The position numbers and the translations under genes were made by a program. Source: a virus (Duplodnaviria; Heunggongvirae; Uroviricota; Caudoviricetes). Taken from it: DNA of 64,000 nt. This document shows positions 1-8,821 of the stretch, one piece after another. The notes beneath the pieces are model-generated. The model searched no databases, had not been told where the DNA came from, and worked only from the letters and a program-made list of their open reading frames with translations. Each line of letters begins with the position of its first letter. Position 1 is the first letter of the stretch. The DNA lies in the IMG/VR virus record IMGVR_UViG_3300045963_000248, positions 20,510-84,509 of that record; one strand, given 5' to 3'.

Positions 1-131
1 TTCAAGTTTTTCCACTAAATCTTTTTCAATAAAATTATCAATGCATGCTGAGCAGGGGCATTCAAATTCTTTAGAAGTAAAGTGATCTGTAATTTGAATA
101 TTTTCGTTTTTTTTGAATTTTAAAAGCATAC
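1..131 (-). CDS. partial CDS (N-terminal part, continues left of window), Cys-containing hypothetical protein
   Basis: ATG at 131..129 on minus strand; open frame to window edge (MLLKFKKNENIQITDHFTSKEFECPCSACIDNF...). Confidence 0.35.
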
Positions 132-140
132 CATCCTAAA

Positions 141-184
141 TAAAAAAAGGAGCTATACAAAAGAGGGAGGGAATGTATAGCTCC
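141..184 (-). terminator. intrinsic terminator-like hairpin (10-bp stem GGAGCTATAC/GTATAGCTCC) followed by T-run on minus strand
   Basis: perfect inverted repeat 149..158 / 175..184, A-run 141..148 on + (= U-run after hairpin on minus). Confidence 0.55.
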
Positions 185-205
185 AATATCGCTCATCCTG
201 AGCAT
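141..205 (-). ncRNA. candidate small RNA (~60 nt) from minus-strand sigma70 promoter to hairpin terminator
   Basis: promoter 213..241 (-) directly upstream, terminator 141..184 directly downstream, no ORF. Confidence 0.3.
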
Positions 206-212
206 TTGTTAA

Positions 213-241
213 ATAATAACACACTTTAAAAACAATGTCAA
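213..241 (-). promoter_or_regulatory. sigma70-type promoter, minus strand (TTGACA-17-TATTAT)
   Basis: revcomp of 236..241 = TTGACA; revcomp of 213..218 = TATTAT; 17-nt spacer. Confidence 0.5.
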
Positions 242-339
242 CTTTTTTCTTTACTTTGGCGAAAATATAGCTTATAGTATATAACGCTCCTCTTGGAGTA
301 CCGCAACCACTCGGACTTTCGAAATATATATCTTAATTC

Positions 340-368
340 TTGACAAAATATATAGTTTAGTATATAAT
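340..368 (+). promoter_or_regulatory. early sigma70-type promoter (TTGACA-17-TATAAT)
   Basis: ttgaca 340..345, tataat 363..368, consensus hexamers and spacing. Confidence 0.6.
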
Positions 369-403
369 TATACAACAAATATTAAAAATAATTAATTTAG
401 TTG

Positions 404-431
404 TTGACAAAAAAGTAATTATGAGTATAAT
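404..431 (+). promoter_or_regulatory. early sigma70-type promoter (TTGACA-16-TATAAT), tandem to 340..368
   Basis: ttgaca 404..409, tataat 426..431; flanking sequence is a near-duplicate of the upstream promoter unit. Confidence 0.6.
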
Positions 432-540
432 GGCTGAATTACTTGGCGGCGTTTCGCTTAGGCTCCACTTGCTGTGAGTACGTTGCTGAGCATGACAATT
501 GTGAAGCCCTAAATGCGCCCTTTTCTGAAAAATCCCAAAA

Positions 541-577
541 TACACACTATTTTCAATAATTTAACAACTTAATGTAG
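541..577 (+). promoter_or_regulatory. phage late-promoter motif copy 1 (TACACA-N14-TTAACAACTTA-ATG-TAG)
   Basis: one of ten near-identical bipartite motifs, all + strand, upstream of structural operons. Confidence 0.6.
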
Positions 578-684
578 AGAGTCTGAGTAAAACAAGTCAG
601 ACCGACACTTTAGAGTGTTATAGGGAATTCCCAGCAAGCTGCTAACGGAGTAACCAGACTTTCTTTTTAAAACAGGATGTTTAT

Positions 685-960
685 ATGCGAAAGAATGACA
701 TGTATTTTTTACTAGTATTATTATTTATTGTAAAATTGATAGCCTTGCCTATTGGATTCCCTGATGCAGCAGTACTTTTAGTATTATTAGCTTATCGACC
801 AGTATCTCAGCTTTTAAAACTGCAGGAAAAACAGAAAATTTCAAATGAGAATGCTGTAAAGTTTGCTGAAGTGGAAAATTCTTTAGAAAATATGCAGAAA
901 ACTATAGAGTCAATAAAAATTAAAGAAGCTATTGTTAACCAATTTGGTGGGAAAAGATAA
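685..960 (+). CDS. small membrane protein
   Basis: hydrophobic N-terminus; first ORF after late promoter copy 1; start overlaps next gene (ATGA). Confidence 0.45.
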   Translation: MRKNDMYFLLVLLFIVKLIALPIGFPDAAVLLVLLAYRPVSQLLKLQEKQKISNENAVKFAEVENSLENMQKTIESIKIKEAIVNQFGGKR

Positions 961-1385
961 TGACTAATTTATTAGATCTAACACAATTTCGTACTTTGAA
1001 AGAGCTTCAAGATTATGCAAATGCTCAATTTTTGACTATCAGCACTATGAAAGAAAAACTCGACGATCAAAAAAATAAGATAGCTCACTTGGAATCTTTA
1101 CTTGTAAATAAAGCTACAGTACTCGGAGTAGATTCGCAATCAGAAGAGATTGCTAAAATTGAAATAAATCGCATGTATCAAAAAGTTTTAAAAGCTCCTC
1201 TAGATTTTGCAGAAGTGAAAGCATTAGAAACGTTTACAAAAATACTTTTAGCGGCTAAAGGTAAAGAAGTTGACGAGAAAAAAGAAAAGAAAACTGAAAA
1301 AGCTTTAAAGCAATTATCACCGCAGGAATTAATTAATATTGCATTACAAAAAACTCCAGAAGAGCAGGAATCTGAAGGTAACTAA
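960..1385 (+). CDS. coiled-coil protein; candidate small terminase subunit by position only
   Basis: 141 aa, translationally coupled upstream of HNH + large terminase. Confidence 0.45.
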   Translation: MTNLLDLTQFRTLKELQDYANAQFLTISTMKEKLDDQKNKIAHLESLLVNKATVLGVDSQSEEIAKIEINRMYQKVLKAPLDFAEVKALETFTKILLAAKGKEVDEKKEKKTEKALKQLSPQELINIALQKTPEEQESEGN

Positions 1386-2026
1386 TGTCACGGGAAGATT
1401 ATTTAAAACGTCGAGAAGCTCAATTAAAATATAAAGCAGATAAACTGCGTAATAGAACCCCAGAGCAAATTGAGTTAGATCGAATTAAATCAAAAGAGTA
1501 CCGGATCGCTAATAAAGAGCGCATTAGAGAAGCTCAAAAAAAATATTACAATGATAACAAAGAGACGTTATTACAAGATGCTCAAGAATATCGAGATAGT
1601 CACCGAAAACAGATCTCCGAGAGAAACTTAAAAAAATATAAATCTGATAAACAGAAAATTCTAACTAAAAATAGAAATTACTATTACAAAAATAAAGATA
1701 GAGTTAAAGCTCAGAGAGATCAGTATCGTAGTGAAAATTTAGCGCAACATAATCATCGAAGTGCTCTGCGACATGCGGTAAAATTAAAAGCTACTCCAAA
1801 ATGGTTAACGGAAGAAGATATTTTAAACATTAAAGCTGTGTATAAAAAAGCAAAAGAGTTACAGGAGTTAGATGGGATTCCCCGAGAAGTAGATCATATA
1901 GTTCCCTTACAAGGTGAAACAGTATCAGGTTTGCATGTTCCTTGGAATTTACAAATCTTAACTAAATCTGAAAATTCCAGTAAAAAAAATAAGTTATTAG
2001 AGGAGATAGCATGTCAAGTACATTAA
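1385..2026 (+). CDS. HNH endonuclease (terminase-associated), basic YxxNK repeats + C-terminal HNH
   Basis: C-terminal GIPREVDHIVPLQGETVSGLHVPWNLQILTKSEN motif; paralog of 7843..8418 and 8873..9517; overlaps terminase start. Confidence 0.8.
   Translation: MSREDYLKRREAQLKYKADKLRNRTPEQIELDRIKSKEYRIANKERIREAQKKYYNDNKETLLQDAQEYRDSHRKQISERNLKKYKSDKQKILTKNRNYYYKNKDRVKAQRDQYRSENLAQHNHRSALRHAVKLKATPKWLTEEDILNIKAVYKKAKELQELDGIPREVDHIVPLQGETVSGLHVPWNLQILTKSENSSKKNKLLEEIACQVH
1781..1960 (+). repeat. dispersed repeat (HNH C-terminal domain coding), copy 1 of 3
   Basis: ~75-80% nt identity to 8195..8375 and 9281..9460. Confidence 0.6.
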
Positions 2027-3447
2027 CTCCTGCAGAAGCCCGTAAAGCAATATGGTTAAGCGGGAACATTGTAGATTTTCTACTAGATGCAAATCAGAAA
2101 GAAATCTATAAACAATACAAAGAATCTAGAAGGAAAACTCAAGTCGTAGTTTTAGCTAGACAGATGGGAAAGTCTTATGGACTTCTTACAATCGGAGTAC
2201 AAGAATGCCTATTACGTCCTAATATTACAGTCCACTATATAGCTCCGCGATTAAATCAAGGTAAGAAGATTGTAAGAGCTACTTTTCAAGAAATTTTTAA
2301 AACATGCCCTAAAGAATTAAGACCTGAATATAAAACTCAAGAATCCTGTTATATATTCCCTAATGGGAGTAGACTAGAGCTTGGAGGCTTTAATGCGGGG
2401 GAAATTGAATCTCAACGAGGTCCAAAATCGAACCTAATAATTTGTGATGAAGCTGGTTTCTGTGATGGATTAAATTACGGATTGCGATCTGTTCTATTTC
2501 CTAAATTAAATAGTACTAAAGGAAAAATGTTACTCTGTAGTACTTTACCAAAATCTGCAGCTCATGAATATTGGGAGATTGTAAAGAAGGCAGAATACGA
2601 TGGAACTCTCCTAAAAAAAGATATATTTGACTGCCCTAGGTATACTAAAGAAGAGATAGATAGTTTCGCAGAAGAGGTAGGTGGCTATGACTCCGTAGAT
2701 TTTCAACGTGAGTACAAATGCATGATGATTACGGACCAAGAATCCGCAGTATTCCCAGAAGCTACCGAAGAAAAAATGGCAAATATTATAAAAGAAAATA
2801 AACGTCCAGCATTTTACGATAGCTATGCAGCAATGGATATTGGTTTTCGAGACTATACTGCAGTAATATACGGATATTATGATTTTTTAAAAGGTAAAAT
2901 AATAATTGAAGATGAAATACTTTTAAAAGGTAGTAAAGTTACTACTAATTCTTTAGCGGGACTTATAAAAATTAAAGAAGATGAATTATTTCCTTCAAAG
3001 CCAGTATACCTTCGAGTATCAGATAATAATAATCCTATTTTTCTAAACGATTTAGCACAAGAGCCTCACAAATTGTATTTTATGCCAACGCTAAAAGACG
3101 ATAAGGATTCTGCAATCAGTAAAGTGAGATTATTAATCCAACAGGAAAAGATAATAATCCACCCGCGATGTAAAACACTAATTAACCACGTAAAATACGC
3201 AACTTGGGATAGTAAAAGAAGTAAATTCGAAAGAGACTTACAAAATGGTCACTTTGACGCAGCAGATGCTTTAATTTACCTGGTGCGAAACATTCAATTA
3301 CAAAAAAATCCCTATCCAAATAGTTATTTTCTCCCCGAAGGTGTTCTCTGGGATACTACCGACCGAAATGCTCCTAAAAACGATTTTGAAAAGAATATGA
3401 AGGAACTTTTTAATCCATTTCGTAAAAAAGAACAGAAAATCTCTTAA
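2011..3447 (+). CDS. terL: terminase large subunit
   Basis: Walker A-like VVLARQMGKS, Walker B IICDEAGF, C-terminal nuclease-like region; 478 aa; position before portal. Confidence 0.85.
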   Translation: MSSTLTPAEARKAIWLSGNIVDFLLDANQKEIYKQYKESRRKTQVVVLARQMGKSYGLLTIGVQECLLRPNITVHYIAPRLNQGKKIVRATFQEIFKTCPKELRPEYKTQESCYIFPNGSRLELGGFNAGEIESQRGPKSNLIICDEAGFCDGLNYGLRSVLFPKLNSTKGKMLLCSTLPKSAAHEYWEIVKKAEYDGTLLKKDIFDCPRYTKEEIDSFAEEVGGYDSVDFQREYKCMMITDQESAVFPEATEEKMANIIKENKRPAFYDSYAAMDIGFRDYTAVIYGYYDFLKGKIIIEDEILLKGSKVTTNSLAGLIKIKEDELFPSKPVYLRVSDNNNPIFLNDLAQEPHKLYFMPTLKDDKDSAISKVRLLIQQEKIIIHPRCKTLINHVKYATWDSKRSKFERDLQNGHFDAADALIYLVRNIQLQKNPYPNSYFLPEGVLWDTTDRNAPKNDFEKNMKELFNPFRKKEQKIS

Positions 3448-3459
3448 AAATCTCCAAAA

Positions 3460-3496
3460 TACACATAAATAATCAATATTTAACAACTTAATGTAG
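3460..3496 (+). promoter_or_regulatory. phage late-promoter motif copy 2
   Basis: TACACA 3460..3465, 14-nt spacer, TTAACAACTTA 3480..3490, TAG 3494..3496. Confidence 0.6.
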
Positions 3497-3525
3497 CACG
3501 AAGCTCTATAAAAATAGGTGAATAA

Positions 3526-5610
3526 ATGGTAACTACTTCAAATCGTAAAATCGAATCGACATATTTTGCCGCTAAATCCGATCCTCTGGAAGTAGCAGTT
3601 ACAGTAATGGATAAAGTAGAAACTTTTACTCAAACTCTTCGAGGTTTAGGTATTCACCAAAAACTAAGAGACTGCTGGGCAGCTTACCACGGAGCATATT
3701 ACAACACTTTCGGCGGCGGGCACCAAATTACTTTCGGCGGCGAGCAAGGTGAACTTTCTCACTTACCGATAAACCACATTAGAAATATTGCTCAACACAT
3801 GAAAACAATGACTCTAGCTTCTAGACCTAGTTTTGATGCCAGAGCAGCAAATACCGACCCAAAATCGCTTATACAAGCTCAATTAGCTTCAGGCTTACTA
3901 GATTACTATATGCGTGAAAAACGCTTAGAAAGATACATTTCTACAGCCGTGGAATACGCTATTGTTTTAGGAGCCGGGTACGTAAAGACAGCTTGGGACC
4001 AAGGACAAGGAAAAATTACAGAAAGAGATACTGACGAGGAAGGAAGAGACGTAATAATCCGTGAAGGTGATATTACTTTTTCCAACCTCTCCCCTTTTGA
4101 AGTTATTTACGACTTATCGAAACAAGATCAAAATCACGATTGGCTAATTACAGTAGAATTCAAAAATAGATACGATATTATTGCAAAGTTCCCGGAGCAC
4201 GAATCTGAAATTTTAGGGCTTGGCGGAAAAGACGAATGGCAAGGGTTAATTTTTAACAAAACTATGGCTACGGAAGAAATTCCAGTGTTTACTTTTTTCC
4301 ACAGACCTACAGATTCAGTACCTGACGGAAGAGAGATCATTTTAGTATCTGAAAACTGTGTTTTAACAGATCAGCCGCTACCGTACAAAGAAATACCAGT
4401 TTATCGAGTTTCCCCGAACGACGTTTTGGGAACTGCAATGGGTTACGCTAACATTTACGATTTATTGCCAATTCAAGATGCAATTAATACTTGCTATACT
4501 TCAGTATTTTCAAATCAAGTTGCTTTTGGGACACAAAACCTATTTGTCGAAACTGGAAGTAATATTTCCATGTCAAATTTAGGCGGCGGATTAAATATTA
4601 TCGAAGGGTTAAAAAAACCAGAAGTGTTACAACTTTTAGGAACATCCCCCCAAAGTTTTCAGTTAATTACTATGCTAGAAAATCTAATGGAAACACTTTC
4701 AGGGATAAACTCAGTCACCCGGGGTAATCCAGAAGCTAATTTAAAATCAGGAACATCTTTAGCTATGGTGCAATCTATGGCAGTACAGTTTATTTCTGGT
4801 TTACAGCAACAATATGTATGTTTACTAGAAGATGTTGGTACAGGTGTAATTAATATTCTAAAAGATTATGCTACAGAGCCGAGAGTAGCCAGTATAGTTG
4901 GAAAAAATAATAAAGCTTATTTGAAAACTTTTAAATCTGATGATTTACAAGAAGTAAATAGAGTAATTGTAGACGTAGGAAATCCTCTTGCAAAAACTAC
5001 TGCAGGAAGAATGGAAATTGCACAACAATTAATGCAAATGAAGCCTGACGACTTTACTATTGCTCAATTTATACAGTTAATTAATACTGGTAATTTAGAT
5101 GTAATGACAGATAGATCAACTAAAAAAATTAATCAACTAGAAATGGAAAATGAAAGACTAATGGCAGGAACTCCTGTAAAAGCTTTTGCATTTGACGACC
5201 ATATTGAACACATAAAAGAACATACAAGTTTACTAGACGATCCAGATATTCGTGAAAGTGACGAATTAAATGCTGCAGTATTAGCACATATTCAAGAACA
5301 CATCGATTTATCGAGAAACACTGACCCTGCAGTACAGCAAGCGTTAGGACACCAAGTTTTACCTCCTCTACCGCCGCCAATGCCAATGGACGCAAACGGT
5401 AATCCGTTACCTCCGCCTCCAGTAGGTCCAGATGGACAGCCTTTACAGGTTCCACCGGCAAATGCTCAGGGAGCTATGCAAAATGATGCTGGAAATATGC
5501 CTAATCCACCGGCACCTACTCCTAATTTACCAAATGTTCCACAGGGAGCAGAAGTTCAAGCAACAAATCCGCAAGATATGCTAAGTATTGTCGCAGGTCA
5601 GAAAAGTTAA
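3526..5610 (+). CDS. portal protein (Pro-rich C-terminal tail)
   Basis: 694 aa directly after large terminase; size and position typical of portal; C-terminal PPLPPPMP... low-complexity tail. Confidence 0.7.
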   Translation: MVTTSNRKIESTYFAAKSDPLEVAVTVMDKVETFTQTLRGLGIHQKLRDCWAAYHGAYYNTFGGGHQITFGGEQGELSHLPINHIRNIAQHMKTMTLASRPSFDARAANTDPKSLIQAQLASGLLDYYMREKRLERYISTAVEYAIVLGAGYVKTAWDQGQGKITERDTDEEGRDVIIREGDITFSNLSPFEVIYDLSKQDQNHDWLITVEFKNRYDIIAKFPEHESEILGLGGKDEWQGLIFNKTMATEEIPVFTFFHRPTDSVPDGREIILVSENCVLTDQPLPYKEIPVYRVSPNDVLGTAMGYANIYDLLPIQDAINTCYTSVFSNQVAFGTQNLFVETGSNISMSNLGGGLNIIEGLKKPEVLQLLGTSPQSFQLITMLENLMETLSGINSVTRGNPEANLKSGTSLAMVQSMAVQFISGLQQQYVCLLEDVGTGVINILKDYATEPRVASIVGKNNKAYLKTFKSDDLQEVNRVIVDVGNPLAKTTAGRMEIAQQLMQMKPDDFTIAQFIQLINTGNLDVMTDRSTKKINQLEMENERLMAGTPVKAFAFDDHIEHIKEHTSLLDDPDIRESDELNAAVLAHIQEHIDLSRNTDPAVQQALGHQVLPPLPPPMPMDANGNPLPPPPVGPDGQPLQVPPANAQGAMQNDAGNMPNPPAPTPNLPNVPQGAEVQATNPQDMLSIVAGQKS

Positions 5611-5655
5611 ATATGAAGTGGTGTAAAAAACAAATACGATAAAAGAGGGTAAGAA

Positions 5656-6369
5656 ATGCACGACGAAAACGATCCAAGATTTAAAAAATTATTAGACAAT
5701 TTAAAAAGTCAGACGGATGCGTATAACGCTGCAAATAAACCTGTAATACAAATTCCAGATTCGTTGCAAGCTCATGGCGAAGTTACTCATCAAATTCCAA
5801 TGGATATGCCAAAATCTGTACCAGCGGAGCAACTTGCTCACGTAGCGGAAGAAATTCCACATAATCCAGGAATGTTAAAAAATCTAGAAGATCAATCTGC
5901 AAAATTCCTAGGCGCTGGAAATAAAATGGAGCAATTTGATCACGTGGTAAATCCAGCAAAAATCACAGATCTTTCCCCTCAGTTACTAAATAAATACATG
6001 AAAACTGGTATCCCTTTAGTCGATAAAGCATACAGTCCACTTGGAAATATCGCAAGAAAAGCTAGTAGCCTTGCTCCAGCGCTTTTAAAAGCTTTAGGAG
6101 TAGGAGGAGCACTTTACGGAATGTCTCAGGGGGATGCTTTTGCAGCCGATCCTACAGGTATGCTACACAGCGAGGAAGCTGGAAAAGGTAGCGATGTAAT
6201 TCCTACAGGTGCAGATCATTTCAATGCAGTAAACGACTCTAGAATGGATACTAAAATACTTCCTAAAGCTATTTCCCCGCAGTCCATAGACGCAACTCAG
6301 GAACCAGAGGAGCGGGCAAAGACGCAAGCATTCGATGCACTTTTAAATCAGATGAGACAGAAGCCTTAA
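5656..6369 (+). CDS. hypothetical head-module protein
   Basis: 237 aa ORF with SD (agaggg) between portal and scaffold. Confidence 0.5.
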   Translation: MHDENDPRFKKLLDNLKSQTDAYNAANKPVIQIPDSLQAHGEVTHQIPMDMPKSVPAEQLAHVAEEIPHNPGMLKNLEDQSAKFLGAGNKMEQFDHVVNPAKITDLSPQLLNKYMKTGIPLVDKAYSPLGNIARKASSLAPALLKALGVGGALYGMSQGDAFAADPTGMLHSEEAGKGSDVIPTGADHFNAVNDSRMDTKILPKAISPQSIDATQEPEERAKTQAFDALLNQMRQKP

Positions 6370-6697
6370 AACGTTTTACATACCAGTGTTTTGAAATATC
6401 AGGTCTTCTATAAGGTATTTTAGTATTATATTTGTATACACCGTTTAGCCAAGCATACGCTACGTGCTCAGGGGAATCCGTTCCAATAGTTTTTACCACA
6501 AAATCGTAACCTAAAGATGCTTTCTGTATTTCAGACAGTTTTACATTTTTGTATTTAAATGCTTTTTTAGCGTCCGAGAGGAATTTAGGCATAATGCCGT
6601 ATTCACCTTTTGCAGAGGAAGCATGTTGTAAATATTTCCCGTCTGAGGATTCGAGATAGCGTATAATTTTTAATGTTTCAGTTTTTTGCATATCCAT
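6269..6697 (-). CDS. putative lysozyme-like / lytic transglycosylase (SLT-like) protein; convergent moron in head module
   Basis: ES...GxxGIMP...AYAWLNG resembles SLT family motifs (ES / GLMQ / AYNxG); own sigma70 promoter 6704..6732 (-); 100-nt 3' overlap with 5656..6369. Confidence 0.4.
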   Translation of the reverse strand: MDMQKTETLKIIRYLESSDGKYLQHASSAKGEYGIMPKFLSDAKKAFKYKNVKLSEIQKASLGYDFVVKTIGTDSPEHVAYAWLNGVYKYNTKIPYRRPDISKHWYVKRFKASVSSDLKVHRMLASLPAPLVPELRLWTAGK

Positions 6698-6703
6698 AAA
6701 ACT

Positions 6704-6732
6704 AGTTTACCATTAAATTACAATAATGTCAA
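6704..6732 (-). promoter_or_regulatory. sigma70-type promoter, minus strand (TTGACA-17-TAAACT) for 6269..6697
   Basis: revcomp 6727..6732 = TTGACA; revcomp 6704..6709 = TAAACT; 17-nt spacer; overlaps upstream half of late promoter copy 3. Confidence 0.5.
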
Positions 6733-6733
6733 A

Positions 6734-6772
6734 TACACAAAAACAGATCAAATTTAACAACTTATACTGTAG
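6734..6772 (+). promoter_or_regulatory. phage late-promoter motif copy 3
   Basis: TACACA 6734..6739, N14, TTAACAACTTA 6754..6764, TAG 6770..6772; 31 nt identical to copy 4. Confidence 0.6.
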
Positions 6773-6812
6773 CAAGCAATAATGCCCTACAACTATAGCC
6801 TACCCCGAAAGG

Positions 6813-7757
6813 ATGGCAACAGGAGTATTTATGTCAGGTGAAAACGAAGGGTCAATCGACTCGTCGGCGGATTTTAGTCCAGAAGAAACAGCAGAATTTG
6901 ATGCAGAACAATCAGTTGGAGAGCAAGCTCCGGTATCTGCAGAACAAAAAGCTATCGAAGAGAAAATTAACGAATTAGAAATGGAACTTAAAGTTAACGG
7001 AAAAGTTATTAAGGAAAAAGTAAACCTTAACGATAAAGTACGTTTACAAAAAGCATTTCAAATGGAAAAAGCTGCACAGGAAGCAATGGCTAAATCTGCT
7101 AGCTCTCAAAAACAAATTGCTCAGATGGAGCAGGAAATGGATCAATTTTTACAAATGTTAAAAAATGACCCAATGAAAATTCTCAGTAATCCAGCTTTAG
7201 GATTAAAACTTGAAGATATGGCAGATAAAATACTAGCACAGAAAATTGAAGAAGCTAGCAAATCTCCAGAAACTATTGAGCTAGAAAAAGCTAGAGCAAA
7301 ACTAGAAGAATATGAAAAGAAAATACACGAAGAGAAATTAGCTAGAGAAACTGCAGAAAGACAGAAATTAGAAGCAGATGCAGAAGCTCATATTCAAGGT
7401 GAAATTATGGAAGCTATCGAATCTGGAAGCTTGCCGAAGTCTCCGTATATTATTAATAAAATGGCACAGCTTGCTAGTATTGCTTTTGATAATAATATTG
7501 ATGTAAACATGAAAGATTTAGCACCTATTGTAAAACGTATGTATTCTAGAGATATGAAGGATATGGCTGAAAAGATGTCAGATGATGAAATTGAAGAAAT
7601 TATTACATCGGATCGCGTTAAGAGTATTCGAAATAAAAGAATACAGGCGGCGAGAGGTAAAATGCAAAGTGCCACTAAAATTGTAGATACTGGCTCAAAA
7701 TCTCCTGCAAAAAAAGAAACTCCAGTACAAAGACGAAGACTCGATGCTGACTGGTAA
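6813..7757 (+). CDS. scaffolding protein (acidic coiled-coil)
   Basis: 314 aa, E/K-rich coiled-coil, located between portal and capsid. Confidence 0.55.
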   Translation: MATGVFMSGENEGSIDSSADFSPEETAEFDAEQSVGEQAPVSAEQKAIEEKINELEMELKVNGKVIKEKVNLNDKVRLQKAFQMEKAAQEAMAKSASSQKQIAQMEQEMDQFLQMLKNDPMKILSNPALGLKLEDMADKILAQKIEEASKSPETIELEKARAKLEEYEKKIHEEKLARETAERQKLEADAEAHIQGEIMEAIESGSLPKSPYIINKMAQLASIAFDNNIDVNMKDLAPIVKRMYSRDMKDMAEKMSDDEIEEIITSDRVKSIRNKRIQAARGKMQSATKIVDTGSKSPAKKETPVQRRRLDADW

Positions 7758-7785
7758 GATTAACTAAAATTTAACCCCTAACTGA

Positions 7786-7808
7786 GGGAGCTTATGGCTC
7801 CCTTTTCT
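7786..7808 (+). terminator. intrinsic terminator (GGGAGC-TTATG-GCTCCC + TTTT)
   Basis: 6-bp GC-rich stem 7786..7802 then T-run 7803..7806, after scaffold gene. Confidence 0.55.
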
Positions 7809-7841
7809 ACACAAAAACAGATCAAATTTAACAACTTATAG
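7808..7841 (+). promoter_or_regulatory. phage late-promoter motif copy 4 (start codon 7843 lies 2 nt after TAG: near-leaderless)
   Basis: TACACA 7808..7813, N14, TTAACAACTTA 7828..7838, TAG 7839..7841. Confidence 0.6.
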
Positions 7842-7842
7842 T

Positions 7843-8418
7843 ATGAAACATTGTAAAAAGTGTAATACTTTAAAGTTAAAAATTGAATTCCATAAAAATA
7901 AATCATTGAAAGATGGGCTATATGGAACTTGTAAAATTTGTACTAGAGCTATCAATAAACAATATACCAAAAACAATCCGGACATTATAAAAAAATCTAG
8001 TAGAAAATCTTATATTAAAAATAAAGATAAGATACTTTTAGAGAATAAAAAATGGGCAGAAAATAATACTGAAAAAGTAAAAGCTATAAAAAATAAATGG
8101 GCTAATAAACACATAGACCAAAAAAGAAGTAAAAATAGAAGGTGGAAAAAGGAAAATCCAGATAAAGTTAATGCTCAAACTGCTAAACGTCGAGCTGCTA
8201 AATTACAAGCAACTCCTCCTTGGATATCTGAGGAGCATTTAAAAGAAATAGAAAAATTCTATACGGAAGCTAAAAGGTTAGAAGCTACAGATGGAATTCC
8301 TCGAGAAGTGGATCATATATTACCTCTACAAGGGGATGGAGTTTCCGGTCTTCACGTTCCTTGGAATTTACAAGTTATTACTGAGTTTGAAAATAGAAGT
8401 AAACATAATAAATACTGA
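7843..8418 (+). CDS. HNH endonuclease with N-terminal CxxC zinc ribbon
   Basis: CKKC...CKIC ribbon, basic NK repeats, C-terminal AKLQATPPWISEEHL...GIPREVDHILPLQGDGVSGLHVPWNL motif. Confidence 0.8.
   Translation: MKHCKKCNTLKLKIEFHKNKSLKDGLYGTCKICTRAINKQYTKNNPDIIKKSSRKSYIKNKDKILLENKKWAENNTEKVKAIKNKWANKHIDQKRSKNRRWKKENPDKVNAQTAKRRAAKLQATPPWISEEHLKEIEKFYTEAKRLEATDGIPREVDHILPLQGDGVSGLHVPWNLQVITEFENRSKHNKY
8195..8375 (+). repeat. dispersed repeat (HNH C-terminal domain coding), copy 2 of 3
   Basis: ~75-80% nt identity to 1781..1960 and 9281..9460. Confidence 0.6.
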
Positions 8419-8586
8419 GAGTGAGACACTATGCTCATAAACTGTTCCCGAAAAAGAGACACATTCTAGGTAGCGAGAGGTCGGGATAAAAAAACCTATG
8501 CTGTTAAAACCTAGAGCCTTTGGTAGTTTCGGCGGTAAGAAACATGTAAACTATTTTATCACCCAGACTTCTTAGGGATTCTGGCG

Positions 8587-8618
8587 GCAAGGCTTCTTCG
8601 GAAGCCTTTGCTTTTTTA
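8587..8618 (+). terminator. intrinsic terminator (AAGGCTTC-UUCG-GAAGCCTT + T7)
   Basis: 8-bp stem with UUCG tetraloop 8589..8608, T-run 8612..8618. Confidence 0.6.
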
Positions 8619-8647
8619 TTGACTTGTATTTAAAAACATGATAGAAT
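8619..8647 (+). promoter_or_regulatory. sigma70-type promoter (TTGACT-17-TAGAAT)
   Basis: ttgact 8619..8624, tagaat 8642..8647, 17-nt spacer. Confidence 0.5.
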
Positions 8648-8653
8648 ACAATT

Positions 8654-8710
8654 CTCCTTAGATAAAAGTTGCTTTCCAGAAGAGCCGCTACTCACAGAGC
8701 GGCTTTTTTA
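8654..8710 (+). ncRNA. candidate small RNA (~57 nt) bounded by promoter 8619..8647 and terminator 8683..8710
   Basis: no ORF or start codon; promoter and terminator only ~35 nt apart. Confidence 0.35.
8683..8710 (+). terminator. intrinsic terminator (AGCCGCT-loop-AGCGGCT + T6)
   Basis: 7-bp stem 8683..8689 / 8698..8704, T-run 8704..8709. Confidence 0.6.
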
Positions 8711-8718
8711 TTTCTCCC

Positions 8719-8738
8719 GAAATTAACACTACAGTTAA
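8719..8738 (+). promoter_or_regulatory. degenerate late-promoter-like copy (AAATTAACACTACAGTTAAT)
   Basis: partial match to TTAACAACTTA..TAG core without the upstream TACACA half. Confidence 0.3.
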
Positions 8739-8768
8739 TATTAGGAGACAAACTAGAAAATTCCTCTA

Positions 8769-8787
8769 AAATTAACACTATAGTATG
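8769..8787 (+). promoter_or_regulatory. degenerate late-promoter-like copy (AAATTAACACTATAGTATG)
   Basis: core resembles copy 4/5 (TTAACA[A]CT[T]ATAGTAT) but with 2-nt deletion and no upstream half. Confidence 0.3.
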
Positions 8788-8821
8788 TATTAAATTTTGA
8801 CATGTTTTTGTATCAAAAAAC

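Noticed and set aside
357-545. 62-aa minus-strand ORF
   Set aside because: Lies across the tandem promoters and leader of the early region, has no RBS and low-complexity AT-rich codons. Likely spurious.
8518-8595. 78-nt segment with complementary ends (GCCTT...AAGGC) that looked like a possible tRNA
   Set aside because: No U8, no GG D-loop, no TTCRA T-loop, and stems do not form at canonical positions. The 3' half is simply the UUCG terminator hairpin.
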